Below are positions 29,696-39,202 of a stretch of DNA of 64,000 nucleotides, piece after piece (position 1 is the first letter of the stretch; every line of letters begins with the position of its first letter). Source of the DNA: a virus (taxonomy: Duplodnaviria > Caudoviricetes); the IMG/VR virus record IMGVR_UViG_3300015608_004971; one strand, written 5' to 3'. The notes below the pieces were generated by a model that ran no database searches, was not told where the DNA came from, and saw only the letters and a program-made list of their open reading frames with translations. The translations under genes were made by a program, and so were the position numbers.

Positions 29696-31111
29696 ATGGT
29701 ATGTAGAAACAAATATAATAATCTTATTAAATCAAATAGACCGATAAGTCTTATATGTGAAATATGTGGAAAAGAAAATAAAAATGAGATTGGTCTTGCT
29801 GCGCATATTGGAAATGCTCATATAATTAAATTTCGAGACTATCTCGTTCAGTATTATCTTGATGGAGTGAAGCCTTCTTGTGCATACGAAGGATGTAATA
29901 AAGAGACACAATATCGTAATGGAAAAGATGCAGGATTCTATCGGTTCTGCCCAGAACATAATCATTTAGGAAGAACTGAGTGGGCCAAAAATAATGGATT
30001 TGGTGCTCTTATTGATCCAAAAACAAATAAAGGAAAAACAAAAGAAACATGTGAATCAATTAAATCCGCCTCTTTAAAAAGAAAATTAAAAGAGGAAACT
30101 TTTAATCTTTATATAAAGAAAATAAAAAAGAAATTTAAAATAGATTTAAAATATCAAGAATACATGTCAGCAAAACAATTAATTACTTGTTTTTGTAAAA
30201 AATGTAATTCTAAACACGATTCGACATTTGAGTCGTTCAGACGGGATAATGTTCGTTGTTTTAAATGCAATCCAAATGGCTCTAATGCAGAGAAAGATTT
30301 TATTGAAGAAATTATGAAAAAATTTGATTTATCATTTGAAGATGTAATAAGAAATAGCAGAAATATTATTGCACCACATGAAATAGATCTTTTTATTCCA
30401 AAATATAATATTGGAATCGAATATCATGGACTTTATTGGCATTCTTATCCAAATAAAACAAAAACATATCATCAAGAAAAAGCTTTATCTGCCCTAAAAA
30501 ATGGAAAGCAATTATTGCAATTCTTTTCTGATGAAGTTAATCTTAAAAAAGATATTTTATTGTCTATTATCGCAAACAAAATCAATAAATCAGAAAAATA
30601 TGATGCAAGAAAGATGAAAATAAAAAAGATTTCAGCAAAAGAAGCTGGCGCGTTTTATGAAAAAACTCATTTATCGGGCCGAGGTAGATTAAACGATAAA
30701 TATAATTATGGTCTTTTTCTTGATGATAAATTGATGTCATGTTTATCTCTTGGTAAATTTGTTTCTGTTTCTGGTGCGATGGAAATAATGCGTTTTTCTA
30801 ATGAGCTCAATTGTAATGTTCGTGGTGCGTTTTCTAGATTATTATCATTCTTTATTAAAGACGAAAATTATTCAGGCGATATTTATTCATATTGTGATCT
30901 TCGTATTGGAAACGGTTCTGTTTATATTGCCAATGGTTTTTCTTTATTGAAGACAACACGCCCTGATTATTGGTATACCAATAATAAAATTCGTGAGCAT
31001 CGCTTTAAATATCGAGCACAAAATGGTGTTTCGGAAGCGTCTTTTGCGAAAATGATGAATGTATCTGCAATTTATGGTGCTGGCTCGTATCTTTTCAAAA
31101 AGACTGTTTAA
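29696..31111 (+). CDS. Hef-like free-standing homing endonuclease (Zn fingers + Vsr/DUF559-like nuclease + GNAT-like C-terminus)
   Basis: CEIC..H...H and CKKC/CFKC fingers; EIDLFIPKYNIGIEYHGLYWH; ARK..., GAFSRLL, SYCDLRIGNG.VY...GF. Confidence 0.75.
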   Translation: MVCRNKYNNLIKSNRPISLICEICGKENKNEIGLAAHIGNAHIIKFRDYLVQYYLDGVKPSCAYEGCNKETQYRNGKDAGFYRFCPEHNHLGRTEWAKNNGFGALIDPKTNKGKTKETCESIKSASLKRKLKEETFNLYIKKIKKKFKIDLKYQEYMSAKQLITCFCKKCNSKHDSTFESFRRDNVRCFKCNPNGSNAEKDFIEEIMKKFDLSFEDVIRNSRNIIAPHEIDLFIPKYNIGIEYHGLYWHSYPNKTKTYHQEKALSALKNGKQLLQFFSDEVNLKKDILLSIIANKINKSEKYDARKMKIKKISAKEAGAFYEKTHLSGRGRLNDKYNYGLFLDDKLMSCLSLGKFVSVSGAMEIMRFSNELNCNVRGAFSRLLSFFIKDENYSGDIYSYCDLRIGNGSVYIANGFSLLKTTRPDYWYTNNKIREHRFKYRAQNGVSEASFAKMMNVSAIYGAGSYLFKKTV

Positions 31112-31115
31112 AAGT

Positions 31116-31122
31116 CTATTTA
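31116..31122 (+). promoter_or_regulatory. Candidate late promoter motif CTATTTA
   Basis: In a 16-nt gap, ending 5 nt before ATG 31128. Confidence 0.45.
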
Positions 31123-31127
31123 TTACT

Positions 31128-32021
31128 ATGAAGCAAAGTAAAATAGAACCAAAAGATAAAATAAAAATTGCAAAAGTGATTGCCGATTGGCGGCAGCATA
31201 AACAAGATTTTGAAAATACAAAATATTGGTCAGAAAGATTCGCGCCTTTCTTGGAAATTTTTCAAAAGACCATTCCAGAAAAACCAATTTATATCTATCG
31301 TAACGAAAGAACAGATATTGATAATAAATATGAAGAAAGATATACAAGCTGGTCGACAGATTATCGATCTGTCGAAGGATTTGGTTGGGGAAAAAGAAGA
31401 ATGGTTTGGGCTTATATTAGGCCAGAACATATTCTTGTTTGTTTGCAAGCTTTTGGATCAAAGATTGATAGAGATAATTTAAACGAAGTAATTTTGAAAC
31501 CAGGAAAATATGATATTAAATCTTTTAATCAGCTAGAACTCTTGCATGCTCATCATTTATATGTAGCAGGTAAAGGACCAAAGCCTTTAAAACCACAGCT
31601 ATCAGAAAGCTCAATAAATGGCATAGAAAAAACGAAAATGAAAAATGTGATTGATGACTCATCCAAAAAAATATTTAATTTTACAGCGAAGATTCTTGAG
31701 GAAATAAGCAAAAAACAAGTTTATTCTAGATTTGAATCAAAAGCCTTTATTGATAAAGCAAATGCTGTTTTAAAGCATAGTGATAAATCAAAAGAAGCGC
31801 CTTTTATTATAAAAACAGATCACGAGCTAGAAGGAGTCCAGAAATTGGTATTTCGCTTTTTTGCCGATTGGAGCAGTTTTTTTCTGCAGAAAAAAACAAT
31901 TGTTCAAGAATCTTATAAAATTATTCATAATAATAATCTAAATAAATTTAATAATAAATCGATGCAGCTGTTTCAAGAAACATATTCGTTAATTTACGGA
32001 GATAAAGATGTCATCAAATAA
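31128..32021 (+). CDS. Putative ADP-ribosyltransferase-domain protein
   Basis: IYIYR...YTSWSTD....GFG...NEVIL gives an R-S-E type ART motif order; likely start ATG 31128. Confidence 0.5.
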   Translation: MKQSKIEPKDKIKIAKVIADWRQHKQDFENTKYWSERFAPFLEIFQKTIPEKPIYIYRNERTDIDNKYEERYTSWSTDYRSVEGFGWGKRRMVWAYIRPEHILVCLQAFGSKIDRDNLNEVILKPGKYDIKSFNQLELLHAHHLYVAGKGPKPLKPQLSESSINGIEKTKMKNVIDDSSKKIFNFTAKILEEISKKQVYSRFESKAFIDKANAVLKHSDKSKEAPFIIKTDHELEGVQKLVFRFFADWSSFFLQKKTIVQESYKIIHNNNLNKFNNKSMQLFQETYSLIYGDKDVIK

Positions 32022-32490
32022 ATGGAATAGACCAGATTCACCACCACCTCCGTTATTTACTGGGCAAAAAGAGAGAGATTTTGCAAAGCAAATTGCTGAT
32101 GAAATAATTGAAGGTGTTGTTGGCCAAACAGTCCTATATTTCCCTATTTCGCTTGAAGATACAAATTTTCATAGAATATATGGTGAAGCAATAAATAAAA
32201 CATTTTTACCACCAATTCGTGTTTATGTAAGAGTTCTTTATGAAGGACAAGAGCAGCAAACAACTGATATTGGTGTTGATAAAAAATCAAAATTAAAGAT
32301 ATTTTTTCATAAACGCAGATTGGCCGAGGATCAAGATCTTTATATTCGAGAAGGAGACTTTATTCAATATGGAGATAATTTTTATGAGTTAACTCAACTA
32401 AATGAACCAAAGCAATTATATGGCCAAATCGATTATCGCTATGAAATAGAGGCGACAGCAATAAGATCCAGAAAAGGTGTTTTTAAATAA
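32008..32490 (+). CDS. Neck/head-closure protein (T4 gp14-like)
   Basis: GQTVLYF..., YGEA..K.F, IREGDFI; position before the tail genes. Confidence 0.7.
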   Translation: MSSNKWNRPDSPPPPLFTGQKERDFAKQIADEIIEGVVGQTVLYFPISLEDTNFHRIYGEAINKTFLPPIRVYVRVLYEGQEQQTTDIGVDKKSKLKIFFHKRRLAEDQDLYIREGDFIQYGDNFYELTQLNEPKQLYGQIDYRYEIEATAIRSRKGVFK

Positions 32491-32504
32491 TATTAATGTT
32501 CCTT

Positions 32505-32511
32505 CTATTTA
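32505..32511 (+). promoter_or_regulatory. Candidate late promoter motif CTATTTA
   Basis: Intergenic, 39 nt before ATG 32544. Confidence 0.5.
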
Positions 32512-32543
32512 TTATGTAATATTTGAAGGAAAACAAATGCTTT

Positions 32544-33848
32544 ATGAGTAATTATGCAAATTTAACACCAGCAAGCTCTTTATCTTCAAAAATTCTTGTT
32601 TCATATGCATCTTTTTCTGATGCACAACAATTTAGTTTTCCTTACGGAATTTATTCGCAGAAATTAATAGATTCCTCTCTTGTTAATGGATTATTAAATG
32701 ATCCAACATTTTTGAGCGGTGCAGCAGATCAGGTATCATATACGTTTAAGAAGCTTGGTGGTGATATTCTTGATATAGAATTAACGACTGGAAATGTTTT
32801 TTCTGCATATGAAGAAGCAACACTAGAATATTCTTATTTGGTTAATCTTTATCAAGGAAAAAGTGTAATTGGTCAACTTCTAGGTCAAGCTACTGGAACA
32901 TTTGATAATTCTGGACAATTAACTACTGGCTCAGATGCATCACAAAAATTTCCTGGATATTCATTGGATTATTTTTATAAAATTGGACAAGCAATATCAA
33001 ATGAATATGGATTAAATAACTCTGTCAATGAATATTCTTGTTCAATTGCTGTCGTTAATGGACAACAAGAATATGATGTTTATTCTGCAATAAGCTCTTC
33101 CGTTGCAAGCGATCCTAACGTTCCATTTGCCACAGATTTCGCAACAAATAAAAGAATAAGAATTCAAAAAGTATATTATATAACTCCAAGAGCAATTTGG
33201 AGATTTTTTGGATATTATGGCGGCCTATCAGTTGTAGGAAATATGTCAAATTATGGCCAGTATACTGATGGGTCTACCTTTGAGGTAATTCCAACTTGGT
33301 ATCACAAATTACTTCAGATGAATTTTGAAGATTCTATTAAAACAAGAACTTCTCATTATTCTTATGAAATAAACAATAATAAAATAAAGTTTTATCCACC
33401 ACCAGTAGACTTTGTTACGCCTTCAAATATGTGGTTTACATTCCGCTTTGGAAGTGGCGATCCACTAGAAGAGAATTCAAATCAAAAAAGCGGAATTAAT
33501 GGTATTAATAATATTAATTCATTACCCTTTGCTAATATTCCATATGATAAAATAAATGCAATGGGCAAACAGTGGATTAGACGATATGCTTTAGCTTTGA
33601 CAAAAGAAATGCTTGGACAAGTGCGTAATAAATTTAAAGATTCGATTCCAATTCCAGGCGATTCAGTTAGCTTAAACGGCTCAGAATTACTTTCGCAAGC
33701 AAAAGATGAAATGAAGGATTTGAGAGACGAACTTAAAGATATTCTTGAGCAAACAACTTATGATAAAATTGCTGAAAATGAACAAAAGAAAATTGAAGCA
33801 ACTGAAGCTGTTTATAGCAAAATGCCACTGCCAATAAGGGTTGCATAA
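32544..33848 (+). CDS. Neck/head-tail adaptor (T4 gp13-like)
   Basis: KLGG.ILDIEL and WIRRYALALTKEMLGQVRNKF...LNG.ELL motifs; likely start ATG 32544. Confidence 0.8.
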   Translation: MSNYANLTPASSLSSKILVSYASFSDAQQFSFPYGIYSQKLIDSSLVNGLLNDPTFLSGAADQVSYTFKKLGGDILDIELTTGNVFSAYEEATLEYSYLVNLYQGKSVIGQLLGQATGTFDNSGQLTTGSDASQKFPGYSLDYFYKIGQAISNEYGLNNSVNEYSCSIAVVNGQQEYDVYSAISSSVASDPNVPFATDFATNKRIRIQKVYYITPRAIWRFFGYYGGLSVVGNMSNYGQYTDGSTFEVIPTWYHKLLQMNFEDSIKTRTSHYSYEINNNKIKFYPPPVDFVTPSNMWFTFRFGSGDPLEENSNQKSGINGINNINSLPFANIPYDKINAMGKQWIRRYALALTKEMLGQVRNKFKDSIPIPGDSVSLNGSELLSQAKDEMKDLRDELKDILEQTTYDKIAENEQKKIEATEAVYSKMPLPIRVA

Positions 33849-33851
33849 TTT

Positions 33852-34703
33852 ATGAATGAAAAACAAGATAAAATAGATTTTATCGTTCCATCAACTATAG
33901 AGAATATAGATGAGGCAATTTTTAATTGGCTTGATCGAGAAATTAATTTATTTACTGATACAAATGATGGGTGGAAGAAAGTGCCTGTTTTATGGGGAAA
34001 TGCCGAACGTTCATTTATGGTGAAAAATAACCCAGATAAATCAGATCTTGAGGGCGCAATTATTTTACCAATAATTACAATTCAAAGAACATCTATGCAA
34101 AAGAATTTAGCCAATAGAAGCGTTTTTGGTGCCCATGTTTTTCCACCAAAAATTGATGTAAAAGGTGGTGTAATTCAAATAGCAAAAAGAATCCAGCCTG
34201 ATAAAACAAAAGAATTTATGAATGCTGATTCAAAATATGAAACAGGTCAAACAAATTTTCCTGGTGTCGGTAAATATGATATTCAAGGAAAACCTGCTGT
34301 TTGGGAAATATTATATTCTGCTTATCCATCCTATATTGATATTACATATACAATAAAGTTAAGAAGTGAATATTTACTTCAAATGAATGATATGGTTGCG
34401 CCTTTTATTGGAAGAACGGGCGGAATAAATTCTGTCTTATTGAAAAATAATGGCCATCAATATGAAGCTTTTTTACAAGAAGGGTTCGATCCGAAAACTA
34501 ACGCAGAAGATATGACAAACTCTGAAAGAAAATTTGAAACAGATGTTGTTATAAAAGTTCTTGGCTATATTAATGGTTCTGGAAAAAACGACGTTCAGCC
34601 AAAGATTGTTACAAGAGAGACAGCAGTAAAATTTAGATTTCAACGAGAAAGAACAATTATGGGCGATTCACCAGAAATTAAAAAAGCTTTTTATCGAAAT
34701 TAA
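33852..34703 (+). CDS. Tail completion/sheath stabiliser (T4 gp15-like)
   Basis: KVPVLWG.ER, LPIITIQR; between the neck and sheath genes. Confidence 0.6.
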   Translation: MNEKQDKIDFIVPSTIENIDEAIFNWLDREINLFTDTNDGWKKVPVLWGNAERSFMVKNNPDKSDLEGAIILPIITIQRTSMQKNLANRSVFGAHVFPPKIDVKGGVIQIAKRIQPDKTKEFMNADSKYETGQTNFPGVGKYDIQGKPAVWEILYSAYPSYIDITYTIKLRSEYLLQMNDMVAPFIGRTGGINSVLLKNNGHQYEAFLQEGFDPKTNAEDMTNSERKFETDVVIKVLGYINGSGKNDVQPKIVTRETAVKFRFQRERTIMGDSPEIKKAFYRN

Positions 34704-34722
34704 ATTTACAAAAATAATAGAA

Positions 34723-34729
34723 CTATTTA
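34723..34729 (+). promoter_or_regulatory. Candidate late promoter motif CTATTTA
   Basis: Intergenic, 41 nt before the sheath ATG. Confidence 0.5.
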
Positions 34730-34763
34730 TATGTGAACTTTTATTAGGAGCTTGTTTAGATAA

Positions 34764-37595
34764 ATGGCTATAACAAACAAAAAATTTAAATTTGTGTCAC
34801 CAGGCGTTATCGTAAGTGAAATAGATAATTCACAATTGCCTGCCGTATCACAACCAGATGGACCAGTTATTATTGGTAGAACAGAGCGCGGCCCAGGCAT
34901 GGTTCCTGTTGAAGTAACATCTTTTTCTGATTTTATTGAGGTCTTTGGAAAACCAGTAGCAGGTAATGCTTCTGGCGATATTTGGCGTGATGGAAATTTA
35001 ACAGCACCAACTTATGCATCATATGCTGCAGAAGCGTGGCTTAAAAATAGTAATAAAGTTACTGTAATTCGTCTTCTTGGTGATCAACATGAAGAGACAA
35101 CAGAAGGTGGAAAAGCCGGATGGACAATGCCATTTGCATCATCAGGTGGCGGCGCATATGGACTGTTTCTCTTTCAATCAGGAACAGCAGCATCAAATGT
35201 AACTGGTACGCTTGCTGCTGTATTTTATTGCGGCTCAACAACAGCATTTGAATTATCTGGCGCTCTACGTCATGCTGGTACAGCTATAACCGGCACTTGT
35301 GCTCTTATAGGAAATACAAGCGGATATAGTGGCTATGAATTTACCGGTCAAATTGTTAATGGTACAACAGTATCAGATAAAACAAGCTTTAATTTTGATA
35401 GAACATCAGACAGATTTATTAGAAAAGTTTTCAATACAAATCCAATTATGACTAATGGCGATGTAATGACAACAACAAAAAATTATTGGCTTGGCGAGAC
35501 TTATGAGGAGAATCTTGCATCATTATTTGGAGCAAATCCAAATACACCATTCTTTGCGACAGTTATGGCTTTATCAAGTGGTGGTGTTGATGGTGGCGAT
35601 TTCAGAATGGGTAGCCAAAAAGCAAGCACTGGTTGGATCTTTTCTCAAGATTTAACTTCAAATACAGCAAGCTATGATCCAGATAATATGCAAAAACTAT
35701 TTCGCTTTGAGGATCTAGACTCTGGTGAATCAAATCAAAAGAAATTTAAAGTTTCGCTACAAGATATTAAACCATCACAAAATCCAACTGTTCAACCTTT
35801 TGGCACATTTACTGTCGTTATTCGGGATATTGGCGATACAGATTCTGCACCAAGAATTCTTGAAAGCTTTGTTAATTGTGATTTAAATCCAAGCTCACCA
35901 AATTATGTTGCTTTAAAAATTGGTGATAAATATAGAGAATGGAGCGATGGCGAGGCAAGATATATCGAGAAAGGCTCATATGACAATAATTCAAAATTTA
36001 TTAGAGTCGTAATGAATTCTGATGTTGATACAGGAGTTGCGGATCCAGCATGTTTACCTTTTGGTTATTATGGCCCAAAAAGATATAAGAGCTTTACAAC
36101 AATTTCAGGTTCAACCAATTTTTATCAACTTGGAAGCACAACAGTATCACAATCATCAGCTATTGTTAGAACTGTTGATGTAAAAGATACTAGAGCGAGT
36201 GGAGTATTACTAAACGTAGGAACAACTGCATTTACTGGTTCAGTTGTATTTCCAAAATTTGTATTAAGAGATTCATCGACATCAGGCTCTCTTTCAACAG
36301 GAAAAAATGCATATTTCGGTACTGTTTTTAATAAACAAACTGATTATGTTACTGTTGATAAAGGACATGTTGACTTAACAAGATGTTTGCCAACTGGTCT
36401 ATCTCATCTTTCTGATAACCCACTTCTTGAGAATAGCTTTGTATTTTCGTTAGATGATTTGGCTGGTTCAACAGGAAATCCATCAACATCTACTTCAACA
36501 ACATGGACTCAAGGCAATCGTGTTGCTGGGACATCTTTGACTGCTCAATCTGGTGCATCCGCACTGCTAAATGCAGGCTGGAATAGATTTACATTGCCTT
36601 TATTTGGCGGTTTTGATGGCTTTGATGTAACTGAAAGCGAGCCATTTAGAAATAGTGGTTTATCTGGCGGTACAGATACAACAAATTATGCATATTATTC
36701 ATTAGGAAAGGCAATTTCAATTGCATCAGATCCAATGATTAATATGAATGTTGCTGTAGTTCCAGGCATTACTGATGCCGGAATTAAAAATAGATTAATT
36801 CAACTGTGCGAAGAGAGAGGTGACGCAATCGCAATTCTTGATCCAGTTGGTGGTTTTTCACCAAGAGCGGAATCAACAGCACCAGATTTTGGCTCTATAA
36901 CAAATGTAGATACTGTTGTAAATAACACAAAGACACAAGCATATAATACATCTTATGCTGCAATGTATTATCCTTGGGTTAAATCTGTTGATTCAAGAAC
37001 TGGACAACAAGTGTGGCTCCCACCATCAATTCCAGCCTTAGGCGTTCTATCTAGCACAGATAGAAAAGCAGATCCTTGGTTTGCGCCAGCAGGATTTACT
37101 AGAGGTGGTTTATCGGCAGGCGCAGGCGGCGTTTCGGTTGTAGGTGTTGCACAACAACTTACAGCAAAAGAAAGAGATAAGCTTTATGAAATAAACATTA
37201 ATCCAATTGCACAATTTCCAGCAGAAGGAATTGTTGTGTATGGTCAAAAAACCTTGCAATTTACAAAGAGTGCTCTTGATAGAATTAATGTAAGAAGATT
37301 GCTACTGTATGCAAAGAAAGAAATTTCAAGAATTGCTGCAACCACTCTATTTAATCCAAATACTCTTGTTACTTGGAATGATTTTAAGAGTAGAGCAACA
37401 CTTGTTCTAGATAGCATCAAATCAAGATATGGACTTGAGGAGTTTTTGGTCGTTCTCGACGAATCAACAACAACACCAGATCTTGTTGATCAAAATATTA
37501 TGTATGCAAAGATCTTAATGAAACCAACAAAAGCAGCTGAATTTATTGCTGTTGACTTTGTATTAACAAACTCAGGTGCCTCATTTGAGGACTAA
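34764..37595 (+). CDS. Tail sheath protein
   Basis: FVSPGVIVSEID, YYPWV, PWFAPAGFTRG, GQKTLQ...SALDRINVRRLL. Confidence 0.96.
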   Translation: MAITNKKFKFVSPGVIVSEIDNSQLPAVSQPDGPVIIGRTERGPGMVPVEVTSFSDFIEVFGKPVAGNASGDIWRDGNLTAPTYASYAAEAWLKNSNKVTVIRLLGDQHEETTEGGKAGWTMPFASSGGGAYGLFLFQSGTAASNVTGTLAAVFYCGSTTAFELSGALRHAGTAITGTCALIGNTSGYSGYEFTGQIVNGTTVSDKTSFNFDRTSDRFIRKVFNTNPIMTNGDVMTTTKNYWLGETYEENLASLFGANPNTPFFATVMALSSGGVDGGDFRMGSQKASTGWIFSQDLTSNTASYDPDNMQKLFRFEDLDSGESNQKKFKVSLQDIKPSQNPTVQPFGTFTVVIRDIGDTDSAPRILESFVNCDLNPSSPNYVALKIGDKYREWSDGEARYIEKGSYDNNSKFIRVVMNSDVDTGVADPACLPFGYYGPKRYKSFTTISGSTNFYQLGSTTVSQSSAIVRTVDVKDTRASGVLLNVGTTAFTGSVVFPKFVLRDSSTSGSLSTGKNAYFGTVFNKQTDYVTVDKGHVDLTRCLPTGLSHLSDNPLLENSFVFSLDDLAGSTGNPSTSTSTTWTQGNRVAGTSLTAQSGASALLNAGWNRFTLPLFGGFDGFDVTESEPFRNSGLSGGTDTTNYAYYSLGKAISIASDPMINMNVAVVPGITDAGIKNRLIQLCEERGDAIAILDPVGGFSPRAESTAPDFGSITNVDTVVNNTKTQAYNTSYAAMYYPWVKSVDSRTGQQVWLPPSIPALGVLSSTDRKADPWFAPAGFTRGGLSAGAGGVSVVGVAQQLTAKERDKLYEININPIAQFPAEGIVVYGQKTLQFTKSALDRINVRRLLLYAKKEISRIAATTLFNPNTLVTWNDFKSRATLVLDSIKSRYGLEEFLVVLDESTTTPDLVDQNIMYAKILMKPTKAAEFIAVDFVLTNSGASFED

Positions 37596-37617
37596 TATTA
37601 AGGAGAATTATTAAAAA

Positions 37618-38115
37618 ATGCCTAGCTTTTGGAATGACCCAAATTTAGATCCCAAACGTCAATATCGTTTTCAAGTAACATTTGGAAATGTTATTCAGCC
37701 TTATTTTGTGAAGACAACATCAAAGCCATCATTCAACGTCGGCTCAACTTCTCATGTTTATTTAACTCATACATTTAATTTTCCAACAAGAGTTACATGG
37801 AATGATATTAATATGACATTAGTTGATCCAGGCAATCCTGATGCAACAAAAGAACTAATGAATGTTATACGTTCCGCTGGATATATTGTTCCTGATAATC
37901 CTAATGTTAAAACTACAATATGTCGTAGTAAGTTTGTTAAAGCAATTGGTAATATTGTAATTTCACAGATTGATTGTGAAGGAAACGCAATTGAGACTTG
38001 GACATTAAAGAATGCATTCTTTACAACAGTTAATTTTGGTCAGCTTGCATATGCATCAGATGAAATGGTTGAAATTAGCTTGACAATCAAATATGATTTT
38101 GCTATAAAAAATTAA
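37618..38115 (+). CDS. Tail tube protein (T4 gp19-like)
   Basis: PKRQYRF, WNDINMTLVD, ETWTLKNAF, LTIKYD; follows the sheath. Confidence 0.9.
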   Translation: MPSFWNDPNLDPKRQYRFQVTFGNVIQPYFVKTTSKPSFNVGSTSHVYLTHTFNFPTRVTWNDINMTLVDPGNPDATKELMNVIRSAGYIVPDNPNVKTTICRSKFVKAIGNIVISQIDCEGNAIETWTLKNAFFTTVNFGQLAYASDEMVEISLTIKYDFAIKN

Positions 38116-38127
38116 TAATGAGGTTTT

Positions 38128-38985
38128 ATGAAAAATAACGATAAGTTAACAAGAGCAGCTATGGCTTCTTCGGATCCATCTGCTCTTGCAGTTTTGGATG
38201 ATAGCACAGAATTGGCGTTTCCAACACAAACAGATTTTGTTGAGTTGCCATCACAAGGAAGATTGTATCCAGAAAATCATCCATGGCATAATAAAAAAAG
38301 TGTTGAAATAAAATATATGACAGCAAAAGAGGAAGATATTTTAACCTCTAAAACATATATTTCAAAAAATATTGTTCTTGAAAAGTTTTTAACATCAATA
38401 ATTGTAGATAAAAACGTTCCATTTGATAGCATTCTCGTTGGTGATAAAGCAGCTCTTTTGGTTGCTGCTCGCGTAACAGGATATGGCGAATTTTATTCAC
38501 CTAAAGTAAGATGCCCAGCATGTTCAGCGATTAACGAACTTGATGTCAATTTAAATGAACTTAGCAAAGTTCTTTATGAAGATGTAGAAAATCTCGATTT
38601 TGGCGAATTTAGTGACGATGGAACATATCTTATCAAAGATTTACCTGTTTCAAAATATAATGTAAATGTTAAAATTTTTAACGGTAAAGATGAGAAGTTG
38701 ATGGAATCATTGGCAGAGATGAAGAAAAAAAGAAATCTACCAGAGACGACAAATACAGATTTTCTTAAGAGCATAATAACATCAGTTAATGGCGAATCAG
38801 ACAGGATTAAAATAACAAATTTTATTAATAATTTGCCAGCCAAAGATAGTCAATACATTAGAATTGTATATGAACAAATTACGCCAAAAATTGAATTAAA
38901 AGCATCATTGACTTGCATAGATTGCCTTACAGAGTCGGACGTGGAGGTTCCGATTCGTTCAGAGTTTTTTTGGCCTAAGCGATAA
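38128..38985 (+). CDS. Tail assembly chaperone / baseplate hub (T4 gp26-like)
   Basis: VELPSQG..Y, MTAKEEDIL, CPAC...CIDC, C-terminal FFWP; between tube and tape measure. Confidence 0.75.
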   Translation: MKNNDKLTRAAMASSDPSALAVLDDSTELAFPTQTDFVELPSQGRLYPENHPWHNKKSVEIKYMTAKEEDILTSKTYISKNIVLEKFLTSIIVDKNVPFDSILVGDKAALLVAARVTGYGEFYSPKVRCPACSAINELDVNLNELSKVLYEDVENLDFGEFSDDGTYLIKDLPVSKYNVNVKIFNGKDEKLMESLAEMKKKRNLPETTNTDFLKSIITSVNGESDRIKITNFINNLPAKDSQYIRIVYEQITPKIELKASLTCIDCLTESDVEVPIRSEFFWPKR

Positions 38986-39148
38986 TTATATTGAATCGGT
39001 CCATAAACAAATATTTCAATTAAAATATTATGGTGGCTTCTCTATACTAGAAACATATAATATGCATATTCAGTTAAGAAATTGGTACTTCAAAATGTTA
39101 TTTGATACCATAGCTGAAGAAAAGAATCCAACAAAAAATCCTTCTTAA
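38966..39148 (+). CDS. Start-less gp51-like ORF, probable frameshift extension of the chaperone
   Basis: The +1 frame reads FFGLSDNYIESVHKQIFQLKYYGGFSILETYNMHIQLRNWYFKML...; no ATG/GTG/TTG between TAG 38918 and 39062; T7 run at 38965-38971. Confidence 0.65.
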   Translation, partial: FFGLSDNYIESVHKQIFQLKYYGGFSILETYNMHIQLRNWYFKMLFDTIAEEKNPTKNPS

Positions 39149-39202
39149 TTAATAGTTATAGTGTAATAATTATTTTATTAATTTGAAGGATTTTCTTATT
39201 TA

